A stretch of DNA of 60,226 nucleotides, counting the filler, from Jimgerdemannia flammicorona (taxonomy: Eukaryota): assembly GCA_003990765.1 (NCBI GenBank). It is 3 parts of 3 records of this genome, joined end to end, with 100 filler letters (N's around TTAATTAATTAA, not from the genome) between each part and the next. Parts side by side here need not be neighbours in the genome. Positions count along the whole stretch, not along the records: positions 1 to 20,015 come from RBNJ01001780.1; positions 20,116 to 40,125 come from RBNJ01001781.1; 1 more part is not named here. One strand, given 5' to 3'. How positions within the stretch are numbered: position 1 is the first letter of the stretch; every line of letters starts with the position of its first letter. The notes below the pieces were generated by a model that searched no databases, was not told the origin of the DNA, and saw only the letters and a list, made by a program, of their open reading frames with translations. A program made the translations under genes and the position numbers. Positions 12,698-25,400 of this stretch are shown here, one piece after another.

Positions 12698-13172
12698 GGA
12701 GCTATACTATGGATTAATCAGCTATCTTGAGCAGCAGAAGATGCCCAATCACCTCAAACCCTGGACAATCACCATCATCAACCAGACTTAGAAACAGTTT
12801 GAATTAGATAACACTATACTCAGAAAAGGAGAAAAGCTAGTAATACCCAAACACAAGAAGTATCAAGTAATAAAGGAAGTATACAAGCAAGGACACTTAG
12901 AAGGAACCAACACATATGATAAGGTAAGAAGAACCATGTGGTGGCCCAAGATGGAAGAAGACCTGTGCCAATTTGTCAAAGGGTGTGATAAGTACCAAAA
13001 ACAGAAACAAGATCAGCAAGACCAGACATCTGGGTCATCAAGAATTGAGCCTATTTTCTTCCACCACATCACAATAGATATCATTGGACCACTACCAGTA
13101 ACACTATCAGGAAACCACTATATTATAGTTATTGTAGACCTCTTCACCAAATGGATAGAGGCAGGAGCATTA
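12690..13172 (+). pseudogene. Gy-B integrase N-terminal part (separate +1 frame, own ATG)
   Basis: MNKELYYGLISYL; WWPKMEEDLCQFVKGCDK; ITIDIIGPLP; VDLFTKWIEA; then LINE sequence. Confidence 0.88.
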
Positions 13173-16100
13173 GTGTATCTTTCTCCAGTAACATTCAGAT
13201 TATACAACCTTTGGAAGACACTTACAACATCATTTTTGGAGAAAAGAGACTAACAACATGGCAACTGACAGACAATCTGAGGTGTGTACTGGGCAGGGTG
13301 GCACAAGCGCTTTCAAATGGCAGCAGATAAGGAGGGGCCCAGGCCTGGGGGGGAGCATGAGGGGGCTGCTGGCAGGAGGATGTGGAAGAGAAGAGTCTGG
13401 GAGAGCAAGCTTTGTGGAGATGGTGAAGGGGAGACAGCAGGTATCAGGGCTGGAGGCCTGGCTGAGAAGGGGCAAGGAGACTGAGAAGGTGGTAGTGCAT
13501 GGTAGAGTAGCCCTTGGAAAGGGGGGCAGTAGAGCTGAGGGAGTAGTGGCTGGGGGGAGTGTGACTGCTGATGGTGATGGAACTGCTAATTTGGAAAAAA
13601 ATCCAGATATGATAACTGTTAGTAAGGCTAAGCAGCTGAGGCTTAGAAGACAAGGAGATTTGGCGGATGGCATGACAGGCCTGGTGGTGGCCCCATTACT
13701 CAAAAAATTGATCTCAACATTCATGGTTACACTATACTTCTGGGGCTTAGTAGTGATGGTGAAAATGGTACTAGGGCTTATTACTAAGTAGATAGCAGGA
13801 GCCATGTCAGTGAAGTTTTTGAAGGGACTGGAGGGTGTGGAGGTGGGTTTTGAGGAGGCTGAGCCACTGGAGGAGGCATTGAAGGTCGGGTTGGTGGTTG
13901 GGGAGGTGTGTGTTCTGATGGCACAGTATCTGAAATGGAATCCGAGGGTGGTCCAGCTGCTGGTGAAAGGAGTGTCCATGGTGACAGCAATAGAGACAAG
14001 AAAGAGAGTTGAGGATGTCATAGCTGAGTATAGAGAGGTAGTGGATATTGGATTCAGGGTCTGGGAAGGGACCTCACTTAGGACTGGGGATATAGATGTG
14101 AGGATTCAGCTGGCTGGGAAAGAAGCTACTGGGAAGGCAAGGGACTGGCCTTTGGTGATGGTCTGGAGAGTAATCTTATATAAGGTGACAAGGGTGAAAG
14201 GAAGTGAAAAGGAGGAAGAGGATTTATTGGAAGCACTGAAAGAATTGGATGGTGCCATGGAGTAGCGAGCAAAGGCTTAGAAGGCTTTCATGGAGTCGAT
14301 GCACCTGGTGGTGGTGGATGGAAAGAGGATTCGAGTGGACAAGGTGCAGTGAGAAAGGGCTCAGGGGCATAAGCGACAGAAAGATCTGCTGGCTAAATTG
14401 GAGACCAGACCACAGGAGGATGTGAGCAAGATGATGGGTGCAGAAGGGGCCAAAGCGAGTATCTGGGCTAGTGAGAGGAGTGGAAATGCCAGGGAGGAGA
14501 CAGGGAAGGCAAAGGAGGTGAAGATTGTTGACCTATATGCTAATAGCACCTTGGAGGTTTGGGATGAGGTCTGGGAGGATTCTCCCACTCTCTCTCCTCT
14601 TATCAGGCAAGGCCCAGCTTCCAGGAACAAGATAGTGGAGAATGTGACAATGCTGGGGACTCATTGGGTAAAATTCAGCATTCCAGAGGTAATGGATGGG
14701 GAACATGTGGTGGTAGCTGGGGAGGAGGAACTGGTGGATATCCCAGAGGTATAGGATGAGGCTACGAGTGCTGGAGCCAACACTACAATGCTGGAGAGTG
14801 GGAGGCCAGTGACCCCTGGAGGGAAGGAGGTGGGGAACCTTCTTTGGATGTGTAGGATGATGAATAACCTGGTGGCAGAAGAGTTGGGAGAGGTGGACTT
14901 GCAAGTGATGGGTGATAAGCACTGGGTGCAGATTTTGCAGGGGGATAGAGTGATGATGGCACTGAAGGCAGAAATTCTCATGGTGTATCTGGAGGAAGAA
15001 GGGTATGAGGTGGACAAGGAGCAGGAGGTGGAGATGGCCATTGTCGCTGGAGAGAGAGCTGAGTACTGTTGGAACAAGTATCATAGATTGCAGCTTTGGC
15101 AGGAGACTTGCATTGAGTACCAGGAGGAGTTTGAGGAGAAGGCGGATGGGGAGATGAATGAGCTGTTGGCTGGTTTGGAGGCTCAGAGGGCTGAAGAGGA
15201 GGAGGTGATGGCAGAACATAATCTGAATATGGCATAAGAGGAGATGAGCATAGAGCAGTAGAGATCAACTGATAACAAATCGTATTTCATTATGAACAGT
15301 ACAACTAATATTTTTTTTATGAATGTGAATGGGCTATGGAGCACTATTAGACATAGGAACATTTTTATTTGGCTGAAGGGATTGGAGGCCAATCTCTTCC
15401 TCTTGCAGGATATCAGGTGCAAGAATGACAATGATAGGATAGAATAGACAAAGGAATGGGGTGGCATGGTGATTTGGAATGGCAAGATCAGGATTCTGGT
15501 CTGGAAAGGCAGAGAGGAGATTAGAGATGTGAGAAGTTGGGAGAAGAGGCTGGTCTGGGGTAAATGGATTCGTGCAGGCTGGGAGCTAGTTACAGTTGGC
15601 TCCTATTACTGCCCTGCCATCAGGGGGGAGTGGGTAGATTGGGTAAAGAGTCTCTAGGAGAGTGGGATCCTGGCAGAGGCTGGAGTAGATATGCTTGGGG
15701 GAGATTTCAATATGGTTCAGGATGTACAGATGGACAGAACTGATGGAGAATGGGGTGCTGAAAGCAGGAGTGGGGGGCTGGTGATATGGAAGGAAGTCAA
15801 AAGACTAGGAGCACTGGTGAATGCTAGTAGGGAGTACTGGGGGGATAGGAGGATATATATGCATTGGGCTGAAGGCCTGGGGACAAGGATTGACTGGGTT
15901 CTGATGGCCACTTATTGGGGCCGAGATGTTTAGAAGTCACTGGAGGTGGAATGGTGTCTATGGTCGGATCACTGGAGTCTTTTGAGACAGGGGTACTTTG
16001 GGGGAAGTGGGGATGGGCCTGGACATTAGCACCTAAATTTCTCTTTGTTAGATGATGAGTCTCGGTGGGAGGAGTGGGCTAAAGACATTCAGCTGAGGGT

Positions 16101-17173
16101 GGAGAACTGGTGGCAGGAAGGTGCCTCAATTGGGGTTCAGTGGATGAGGATGAAAGAGATGGCCAGAATGTACTGGAGTGAGGCTGGCAAGATGGCAGGG
16201 AAGCAGCAATGGCAGAGAGTGTACTGGGCTTCTACTAAACTGGCTAGGCTTCTGGATAAATGGGCAAGACTGGTGATAGTGGAGGGAGAGGAAGACTGGA
16301 GAGTAATGAGGGCAAAGATAGAGGTTGGGGAACTACAACAGGTGCTGCAGGAAGAGGAAGAGGTGAGGGTGCAAGGCTTAGTGGCATGGCTTTGTTGGCA
16401 GAGGCTGGAAGAAGGGGAGAGGCCTTCCAAGTTTCTCTTGAGGACTCTTAGGGTGAGAAGAGTATAGCAATGGTGGGAAGGGGTACTTGACTCTGATGGT
16501 GTACTAGTACATGGTATACAGGATATTCTCAGATCACTGAAGGAGTGATGGAGTGGATTGTGGAGTGAGGAGGAGGGTGGAGTGGATGATACTACCATTG
16601 ACCAAATATTGGAGGATTGGCACCCACTATAAGTTGCAGGACTAGGTGACCTGGTGATGCCTGTAAAGGAGGATGAGATCCACTAGGTTCTTGCCACAAC
16701 AATCTTGGGAACAGCACCTGGGGAGGATGGCCTACCCTGGGACTTCTGGAAGTAAATGGTTGGAGTCCCAGGTGTGATGGGGGAGTTAATGGTATTGTGT
16801 AACTCTATATTGCAGACAGGGAGATGGGTGGGAGAGCAGGATCTTGGGCTGGTGATACTGCTTTATAAGAACAAAGGAAGGCAAGAGAATTGGAAGAACT
16901 GGTGGCTGATAATGTTGTTAGATATGGACAGAAAGTTGGTAACTAAGGTGGTAGTCATGAGGCTACAGAAGGTAGCCCAGCAGATTGTAGGGGTTGAGAA
17001 GAGGGGATTTGTGGGTGGTCAGCTCATTAGGGATAGCATAGCCTGGGTACATGGAGTTATTGAAGGGGCTAGAGCCTGTGGACTGGATGGGCAACTAGTC
17101 TTCTTGGACTAGGAGAAGGCTTATGACTGAGTGCAATGAGTCTGGCTGGTGAAAGTATTGGATAGAATGGGAG
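13173..17173 (+). mobile_element. LINE copy A (L1/Tx1-like): intact 5' end, ORF1, APE endonuclease and start of RT; interrupted by hAT
   Basis: 5' motif atctttctccagtaacattcag shared with other copies; ORF1 from ATG 13258; ORF2 from MNSTTNIF at 15292; LGGDFN, SDH, APGEDG, LD*EKAYD. Confidence 0.92.
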
Positions 17174-17269
17174 TAGTGCTCTGAATGAGTCAATTCAAAT
17201 CAAATCTGGATTTGATTCATCACATGACAGTTTGATTTGAATCTCAAATCCAAAGCCATCCAAATCAAC

Positions 17270-17610
17270 TCAGATTTAATCCGAATCACCCCATCCAAAT
17301 CGCCCCATCTGAATCACCCATCCGAACCACTCCAATCTGAATTACTCAATCTGAATCACTCAATCTGAATTGCCCCATCTGAATTGCCCCATCTGAATCA
17401 CCTATCTGAATCACCCATCCAAACCACCCCAATCTGAATCACTCAATTTGAATCACTCAATCCAAATCACTCAATCTGAATCACTCAATTCGAATCCTCT
17501 AATTCGAATCCTCCAATTTGAATCCTCCAATTTGAATCCTCCAATTTGAATCCTTCAATCTGAATCCTCATCTGAATCCTTCAACTAAATTCTCCAATCC
17601 AAATCCTCCA
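17270..17610 (+). repeat. Tandem ~13-bp subterminal repeats (ccatctgaatcac / tcaatctgaatcac / ccaatttgaatcct)
   Basis: More than 20 degenerate units directly visible. Confidence 0.9.
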
Positions 17611-17633
17611 CATGACTCATATGCTGGATGCAT

Positions 17634-17745
17634 CCACAACACAACATACACACATGTATACATATACACATATATACATGCACACACAAACATGCAAACA
17701 CACACACATATACACATGCACATACAAACATGCAAACACACATGT
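17634..17745 (+). repeat. Degenerate (CA/TA)n microsatellite
   Basis: cacacatgtatacatatacaca-type run. Confidence 0.85.
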
Positions 17746-17829
17746 CAACAGATCAGTCTTCAACAGTTCACAGTACCGATGATGCTTCAAGTCAAATATC
17801 CCTGATAGTTCCACACCTTCTATACAATC

Positions 17830-19215
17830 CTTGCTCTGAAATCTGGCAACATTGTGCTAAGATAGGAGATGATGTTATTTGTAATTATTGCAGGTAAAAA
17901 ATTAAGATGTATCTATTGACACTTTGTTTTGACACACACATGATATTGTTTCATCCATCCTCATGAACTGTACCAGCCAGAAGTTCAAAATGCTTGGGGG
18001 TATGACTTCGAACATGAATCAACACATAAAAGACAAGTACTCTGACAAAATCAAAAAGAACATGGAGACAAACAAAATTGACATCCAAGCTGTGGTGGGT
18101 ACGTTTATCCGATTGCCTGACCATTTCTATACCAACAATGCCATTTAATCAAAAATATTTAGCCATACTCTTCAACAGAATTTTGAAATCGGCTCATTCA
18201 CTGGATTGTGTACACAGACCAGCCATTCACAACCATCAAGAGTGATCAATTGTATAGCATCTTTGGTCTCCTCAAGTATGATTTATATTTGCCAAGTGCC
18301 AATACTATTCGCAAAGATATCCTGAAGGCCTATAGGAAGGAGCACGATGATCTCTACCAGACACTTCAGGTAAAATAAGGGCAGCACCATGACTTTTGCA
18401 AGCTGAATTATATAAAAGAGCTCACCAATTTAACCTCACATTTAATAAGCAGAATTCAGCAGGCAAAATTTCATTTACGATCAACACATGGACATCCCCC
18501 AATGCAATTTCATTTCTGGACATTACCGGTCATTAGATTGACCTCAATTGGCAGCTTAAATCTCTCACCCTTGACTTTGTCAAACTTGCTGGCCCTTATT
18601 CTGGAGACAACATCGCAGATGCTTTTATTAGTTACATATATCTGGGAGCTTGGAATCACCACCAAGGTAAAAAAGGGGGGCTTGCCATCAGGTTGGCATT
18701 TTGAGGGAGGTCCTAAACCAAACCAGATTTTATTGGTTATTTATTTTCACATAAATTTGTTAACCAAATATTTCAAGTACAGATTTTGGCCATTATGACA
18801 GATAATGCCACAAACAACTCAACATTTTTCCAAGTTTTAGTGGCCAGCCTCAAACAGGAAAATGTGGCCTTCAGTACAGAAAGCTGCCATATATGATGCC
18901 AGGCCCACGTACTGAACCTTGCTGTTCAGGACTATCTTATGTATGTAGACAAAACATCCGAGAGAGGAGGGGCCCTGAGTATAATTTCCAAGCTACGCAA
19001 ACTGGTTGTGTCGGTCCAATCGTCCCCACAACGACAAGACAAATTTGCTACATAGTGTAGAGCAATTAGTTTAGCCCCGAAAGAGCTTATATTGGATGTC
19101 TGTATATATTGGAACTCAACATTTGCAATGATCCAGCACATGCTGGAGTTTGCTGTGGTATGCATTCTTTTTTTCTTTGGTTGACTGAAGTAACTATTTT
19201 GGATGATGGAAGATT

Positions 19216-19249
<34 letters not shown>

Positions 19250-19842
19250 CAATAGATTCAATGATGGCTGCTGATAAGGAAATATGGGCCAAGGCTCTAG
19301 GTGAAAGCAAGTGGGACATACTTAGGAATGTTGTCAGAGTTTTGAAAGTAAGTAGTGATGCTCTGGCTCTATATTTATTTTGTCTACCTCTGCATAATGC
19401 AATATCTCACCACATATAACTGCCAGTGTTTTGACAATTGTATGAAGGATATAGTCAAACAAATGATCCCAACAATAAGCTCTGTGATACCAGTATACAA
19501 CCTTCTGATTGACCAGCTAGAGGACAAGCTCGAGGACAGGCTGGAGAGTTGCGGTGATTTATGGTTAAGCCTAGATCAGAGAGATGCTGTGGAGGTTGCT
19601 CTAAGCAAGCTTAGGAAATACTACTCCCAAACAGATACCACCATATACTCAATTAGTACAGGTATGTCAATGTTGGCATATGGTCATTGCCCCTTCCAAA
19701 ACAGAGGAAACCCTGCAAAAACTCACTCTCCTTTTCTTTGAACAGTGCTGGACTCATGCTTAAAGCTACAATACTATAAAGATCAGGGCTGGGAGCAGTA
19801 CTTCATTGAGAGAACCAAGTAGGCTATAATCGAAGTATACAG
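17830..19842 (+). pseudogene. Spliced hAT transposase pseudogene with BED zinc finger, about 7-8 short introns
   Basis: SEIWQH..VICNYC / TSNMNQH (BED); TINTWTS, TDNATNN, C.AHVLNLAVQ, WNSTFAMI, PTISSVIP, KLRKYY; GT..AG introns near 17894-17976, 18095-18162, 18370-18449, 18667-18782, 19158-19248, 19349-19425, 19662-19745 (approximate). Confidence 0.85.
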
Positions 19843-20015
19843 TATGTTTCAAAACTGAACCAATGTTTTATTAAATTTTATATTTTAATTATTTAAATAA
19901 AAATACTCTAAATAAATATATTTTATATTATAATATATTATAGTTTTATATTAGAGATATTTAAAAATATTAAATTTATTGTTTTTAAATTTTTATTTTA
20001 TCTTTAAAAAAAAAT

Positions 20016-20115
20016 NNNNNNNNNNNNNNNNNNNNNNNNNNNNNNNNNNNNNNNNNNNNTTAATTAATTAANNNNNNNNNNNNNNNNNNNNNNNNNNNNN
20101 NNNNNNNNNNNNNNN
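20016..20115. other. Artificial contig spacer (N run with TTAATTAATTAA)
   Basis: Exactly 100 nt with a six-frame stop linker. Confidence 0.98.
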
Positions 20116-20736
20116 GCGCGTTGTTCGAAAACGAACAACCCAGTAATGCTAAGCACTCAAAGGGGGAGCTATCCTTCTGGGGGATCTGTAGGGATGGAGG
20201 GGAAATAGAAGAGATGGCAAGAAACGTTGAAAATTTTGGTGGGTTTATTGACTGCATCAAACTGTGACGTCACTATAAAATATATACAATTCTGACCACA
20301 ATTGTTGTTTTGAAATATTAATATATTCTTTATTAATTTTATATTGTTTTATTTAATGTATTATAATAGAAATATTATTATTTTATCTTTCTTATTTTTA
20401 ATAATTATCCTATTATAAATTTTTTTTATTTTCAATTTCTTTAGATTGAATGCTTCATTACTTTTAATATTCTAATCAATATTAATATTTTAATTATTAT
20501 TCTTACTATTATCTTTTATATTATTTTTCAAACAATTATTACATCTTAATAATAATAGTGAAGATAAAATATTAGAAATTAATTTTGAAGCTTCAAGAGA
20601 TAATAATAAAATATATCTACTTTAAAGATATATATAAATAAAATTATTACTAAACTATATAACTCTAATTAAATATCTTATATATTAATGTTTCTTAAAT
20701 GTTTCTAACAATATATCTCTATTAGTTAATATGTAT

Positions 20737-21388
20737 TGTAATATAGCAAATGTGTAACTGTGTAGTATATCAGATTTCTATATCTTAAAAACTTGATCTT
20801 CTTTGAATCTATAGAGTTCTTGGGATAAAGGGGTGGATATGTATGAAGTATATCTGTCTGCAGACTTACTAGTTCTCTTGCTTTCTCTTTGCTTTGAACT
20901 ATTTTGATCTTAGATTTATTCACTCTGAATACTGAAGATATTTATATAAGTTTACTAGATATCTTTTATATTAATTTGCAGTCAAATTTATTTGCAAAAA
21001 AAATTGAATTAAAATTCATTTTTATTATCAAATATTATGTCAGAAAAAAATTAAAATACTATAATTTTTGAGATTTATAACAAAGATAATTTTTAAAAAT
21101 ATTAAATCTTTTGCAGACAAATTTACTTATATCTGATTAAAATATAAGAGATAGAGAGACTAAGTTATAATGATGTTTTCTGTGAATCTCTTTTCATCTT
21201 TTAACATCTACAGAAGATTTTGATAATTGCAAGAATTATAATATCTACAGAATCTTTGGCAGTTACCAAAGTTTTTTATATTTGCAAAATATAACTACTA
21301 CTTATATGGCTAAGCTATATTTGGGAATTGGATTCAGATATTGTAATCTAATATCTATTTTTCTAATTTATATTTCTATTTCATAACA
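20737..21388 (-). repeat. Solo LTR related to the Gy-A LTR, split by a MITE
   Basis: Reverse complement aligns with 6503-7004 on both sides of 20963-21150; TG...CA ends. Confidence 0.8.
20963..21150. mobile_element. ~190-bp AT-rich MITE
   Basis: Termini cttttatat...atataagag; inverted subterminal gcagacaaattt motifs; interrupts the solo LTR; reverse complement of 31492-31684. Confidence 0.75.
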
Positions 21389-21605
21389 TATGTTACAAAT
21401 ATATAAATAAAAATCTCAGCAAGCTATAACATTAAATGCTGTTTAGAGAAAAATTATCTTAATGCCTACTTTAATTATAATAACTTTTAAGATAATAAAA
21501 TAATATAAATAATATTCAATTTAATTATTAATTTTACCTATTATAACAGTTAAATTATATAAATAATATATATATATAAATGTAATCATTTTATTTGAAA
21601 TTTTC

Positions 21606-21692
21606 CAACCTAACTTCAATATAACTTAACCTAACTCTATCAATAGCTACCCTAACCCTAAACCTAGCTCCCAACCCTAAACCTAATCTAAC
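21606..21692 (+). repeat. Degenerate CCCTAA-like (telomere-like) tract
   Basis: ccctaaccctaaacctagctcccaaccctaaacctaatctaac. Confidence 0.6.
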
Positions 21693-22414
21693 TTATATAT
21701 ATTTATTTGTTACTATTTATAAAATCTAATATGTATAATATATAGTACTAATATTTATTATTTTAATTATAATTTATATTATACTAAATAAAAATAAATA
21801 AAAAATTATTATTATTAATATTTATAAATTTTAGTTTTTTCAGATTTATATATAATAACTTAAGATCTCTTATATGAGAGATCAGATAGTCTTAAATTAA
21901 AATATTTGACAATCATAAGTTTAGAGTAAAAGGTCTTAAATTAGAAATATCAGAAAACCTTTAAGTGGCTATTATAAAAAGAGATAATTTTATTGAAGTT
22001 ATATAGATCACATATTTATATATTACTAATAAATAATATAAAACTAATAAAATAGCATATATTATATACTAATATATTGAGTTATCATTTCAATACTATC
22101 AATGAATAAGAATATATAACTTAAAAAAAAGCTGCAATTATATAGTAAAAATACAAACTAGAGTATAAAGTAATACAATACATATAAGCAAAAAACTAGA
22201 ACTATATATAACTTAGAATTATGTATATCTATAAAGGAATTTTCAAATGTTAAAAAGTGTTCTAAAATATCTGTAATATCTGAAATACTCACAAAAGGCA
22301 ATATATATAATCTGCTCATAGATAAAGATATATAATATATTAAGAGAGACTTTTTACAGCTTTAAATATATTCTAAATTATCTGAATACTGGCATACTAT
22401 ATGTGAAATCCATT

Positions 22415-25400
22415 TTTATTTTTAGTTTTTTTTTTTATTTTATTTTTTTTTTTTTAATTTAATTTTTTTTTTTTAGTAACTTGGACTTTGCTATTTATTA
22501 CTAGTCTATTAATATGGTTACAGTATTATCTCCTACTACCTAATCCCCATAAGACAGCCCCCACTTACCTTTTCACAGATGAAGACCACTTTCTCACCCA
22601 CTACCCCAACTCTCTCTCTACTCTGGCTATAGATTTTCTCTACTAAGTAATGCTTCTGACTACTCTGCAAACCCCAACCATACCACTAGCCCATTATAGT
22701 GTCTTTCATAAGCCCTTGCCATCTCAACAGCCATACCCCCAATCCCAATCTCCTTCCATCCTCAAAAACAAATAACCAGCAATCTGTTAGCCTCACTCAA
22801 ATTGCCAAAACTCAACCTAAGGTAAACCACTCCTTCTCCACCCCCCTGACCAATCTATCCCTCAAATCCTCCCACCAACCCCATGCACCATCCTCTCTAT
22901 ACACTATATCCAATCAATCCACAACAGCTCTCCAAAAGTCACTAAGTACCTTATACTCTTTAAGCCAATATTCAGGTACTGCATATATCCCTCTTGCTGC
23001 CCTACATTGTGATACTCCTTACAGTCAAAGCATCCTCTCTCAATAAGATGACTCAAGTGGAATTTAAGCATAACATTCCTCTGCAGTATATGCCACCAGA
23101 CCACTCAGTACTTTGGTGGCAGCCACCTCCTTACCTCAGTACTCCAGGCCCAGACTTCATGCTAGTTCCACTCCTCTCTGATATCTATCAACTGCTATCT
23201 GCTGGGCCACAGATTCTGGCCTGGCCCCCTCTGATATTTGATCCCATCACCAATATTGAATTCAACTAAGAGGATGCCCCCTAACAACACTTGGTTCCAT
23301 CTCCACATTACTGGGCCCTAAGGCACCTCTTCTTCATTTCTCTGTCAGCATATTCCAATATAGTGTACTCCCTTCACTATTTTCCACCAGATGCCTTTGT
23401 ACATACAGTGTTCCAAAGCCTAACTAAGGATGGTAAATCTCTTGTAGAGCCTCTTGGTGAGGACCTTATCTCCCAGACCTTCTGTAACAGAGAAATCCAG
23501 CCACCCCCTCTCAGCTCTACTGCTCTCTTTAATCACCATACTCTCAAGCAGCACAGTCTCTTTAAAAAGTCAACCAGCTCAAGGCCTCCTCTTAACATCA
23601 GTAAGGACAAGACCTCCCAGCTGATCTGACTCCTTCTCTCAGCCCAGATCTACCCCTTGGTCAGTTTCATTAGTCTCTTCACCACCCAGGCTGGAAAGTC
23701 CAGGTAATAGGCCAGATACCACAACTTGGGCAACCAGCAGATGTTCAAAATCAAAACATGTCCCATTAAAGACATGTGGTGACCACCTCAACTCTACAAG
23801 GTTTCCTCCCAGATCACTACTCTCTGTTCTCACAAAAGTTTTGGTAGGACTGACCTATATACTGACAAATAGATACCCAAGTACTGCACTGCCTCTCCAG
23901 TAGAGACAATTGTTCCAATGACATCCCCTCACACCAGACTATTGTCTAACACTATTGTTTCATACTTATGCTAATTGAGTTTAGCCCCTGAGTTCACTTA
24001 ATACCACTCCATATCTTCTTGAGCTCCTTTACATCAGCAATGGATCCCAGGCTGACCACTATATCATCTGCAAAGGCACCAACTTTCCACCCAATTCCAA
24101 AGACTGATAGCCCCACTATCTTCTATCTAATCCTATCTATTCAAGGTTCTAGAGAAAGAGTATACAGAATAGGGGACAATGGGTCCCACTGGGGCACACC
24201 TCTACCCAGAGAAAATGCTATCCCCCTATGCCCATTATATATGAGTGCCACCTGACTCTATTTCAGTAGACTAACCATTACTGACTAGAACTAGTGAGGG
24301 ACTCTAATCCTATTCAATACCTTTGCCAACCAGACTCATCTCACCCAGTCATACACCTTCTCCTGATCTAGGAAGACCAGTTGCCCATCCAGTCTACAAG
24401 CTTATGCCCCTTCAATTACTCTATGAACCCAGGCTATATTATCCCTAATAAGCTGGCCCCCTACAAAGCCCCTCTGTTTAACACCCAATACTTGCTAGAC
24501 CACCTTCTGTAGCCTTGCAACCACTACCTTAGTTACCAATTTCCTGTCCATGTCTAGTAGTATCATTGATCACCAGTTTCTCCAGTCCTCTCTCCTTCTC
24601 TTGTCCTTATAAAGCAGCATCATCATCTCCAGATCCTGCTCTCCCACCCATCTCCCTAACTGTAGTATCAAATCACACAAAGCCATCAACTCACCCAGTA
24701 CCTCCAGAACTCCCACCATCTTCTTCCAGAAGTCCCAGAGCAGACCATCCTCCTCAGGTACTATGCCCAGCTTTGTTGCAGCAAGAACCTGGTGGATCTC
24801 CTCCTCTTGGACTGGCAATACTCAGCCACCCAACCCTTTTATCTATGGGGGATACCAATCCTCCAATTTCTGGTCAATGGTAGCAACATCTGCCCACCCT
24901 CCTCCTCACTCCATAAATCACTCCATCACTCCTTTAACAATCCAAGAATACCTTGTATACTATACACCAGCATATCATCAGAGTCCAGTACTTCCTCCCA
25001 CCTATGCTTCACTCTCCTTGCCTGAAGGGCCCTTGTGAGATACTTTGAGGGTCTTTTCCCTTTCCCCAAATCTTGTCACTAAAGCCATACCAAGCTCTGC
25101 ACCCTTGCCTCCTCCTCTTCCTGCAATACCTGTTGTAGTTCCCCAACCTCTATTTTCGCCTACAATAATCTCCAATCCTCTCCTCTCTCTAGAGTCACTA
25201 GCCCTGCCCAATCTTCCAATAGTCTAGCCAGTCTACAGAAGCCCATCTCACTCTTTGCCTCCTGTATTTCTCAGCCTCCTTGCCAGCCTCACTCTAGTAG
25301 ACCCTGGTCATCTTCTTCATCCTCATCCAATAGACACCAACTGGGGCACTTCCTGACTCTAGCCTGTTACTCTCTGTTGAATGTCCTCAGCCCACTTATT

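Larger units (their letters stand above)
7013..13172 (+). mobile_element. Gy-B: Ty3/gypsy element related to Gy-A, 3' part cut off by a LINE insertion
   Basis: Putative LTR, PBS, then gag-PR-dUTPase-RT-RH and partial integrase colinear with Gy-A. Confidence 0.92.
17174..19860 (+). mobile_element. hAT DNA transposon (left end plus transposase); right end not recognisable
   Basis: Left end tagtgctctgaatgagtc matches the TIR of the MITE at 41704-41845, which has an 8-bp TSD; subterminal repeats; hAT transposase motifs. Confidence 0.85.

Noticed and set aside
17270..17610. CRISPR-like array
   Set aside because: Contiguous ~13-bp units with no unique spacers, located at a hAT terminus in eukaryotic DNA
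17628..17830. His/Thr-rich protein segment
   Set aside because: Largely a translation of a CA microsatellite; the true transposase start could not be placed
20060..20071. TTAATTAATTAA as a biological motif or piggyBac target
   Set aside because: Synthetic six-frame stop linker inside the N spacer
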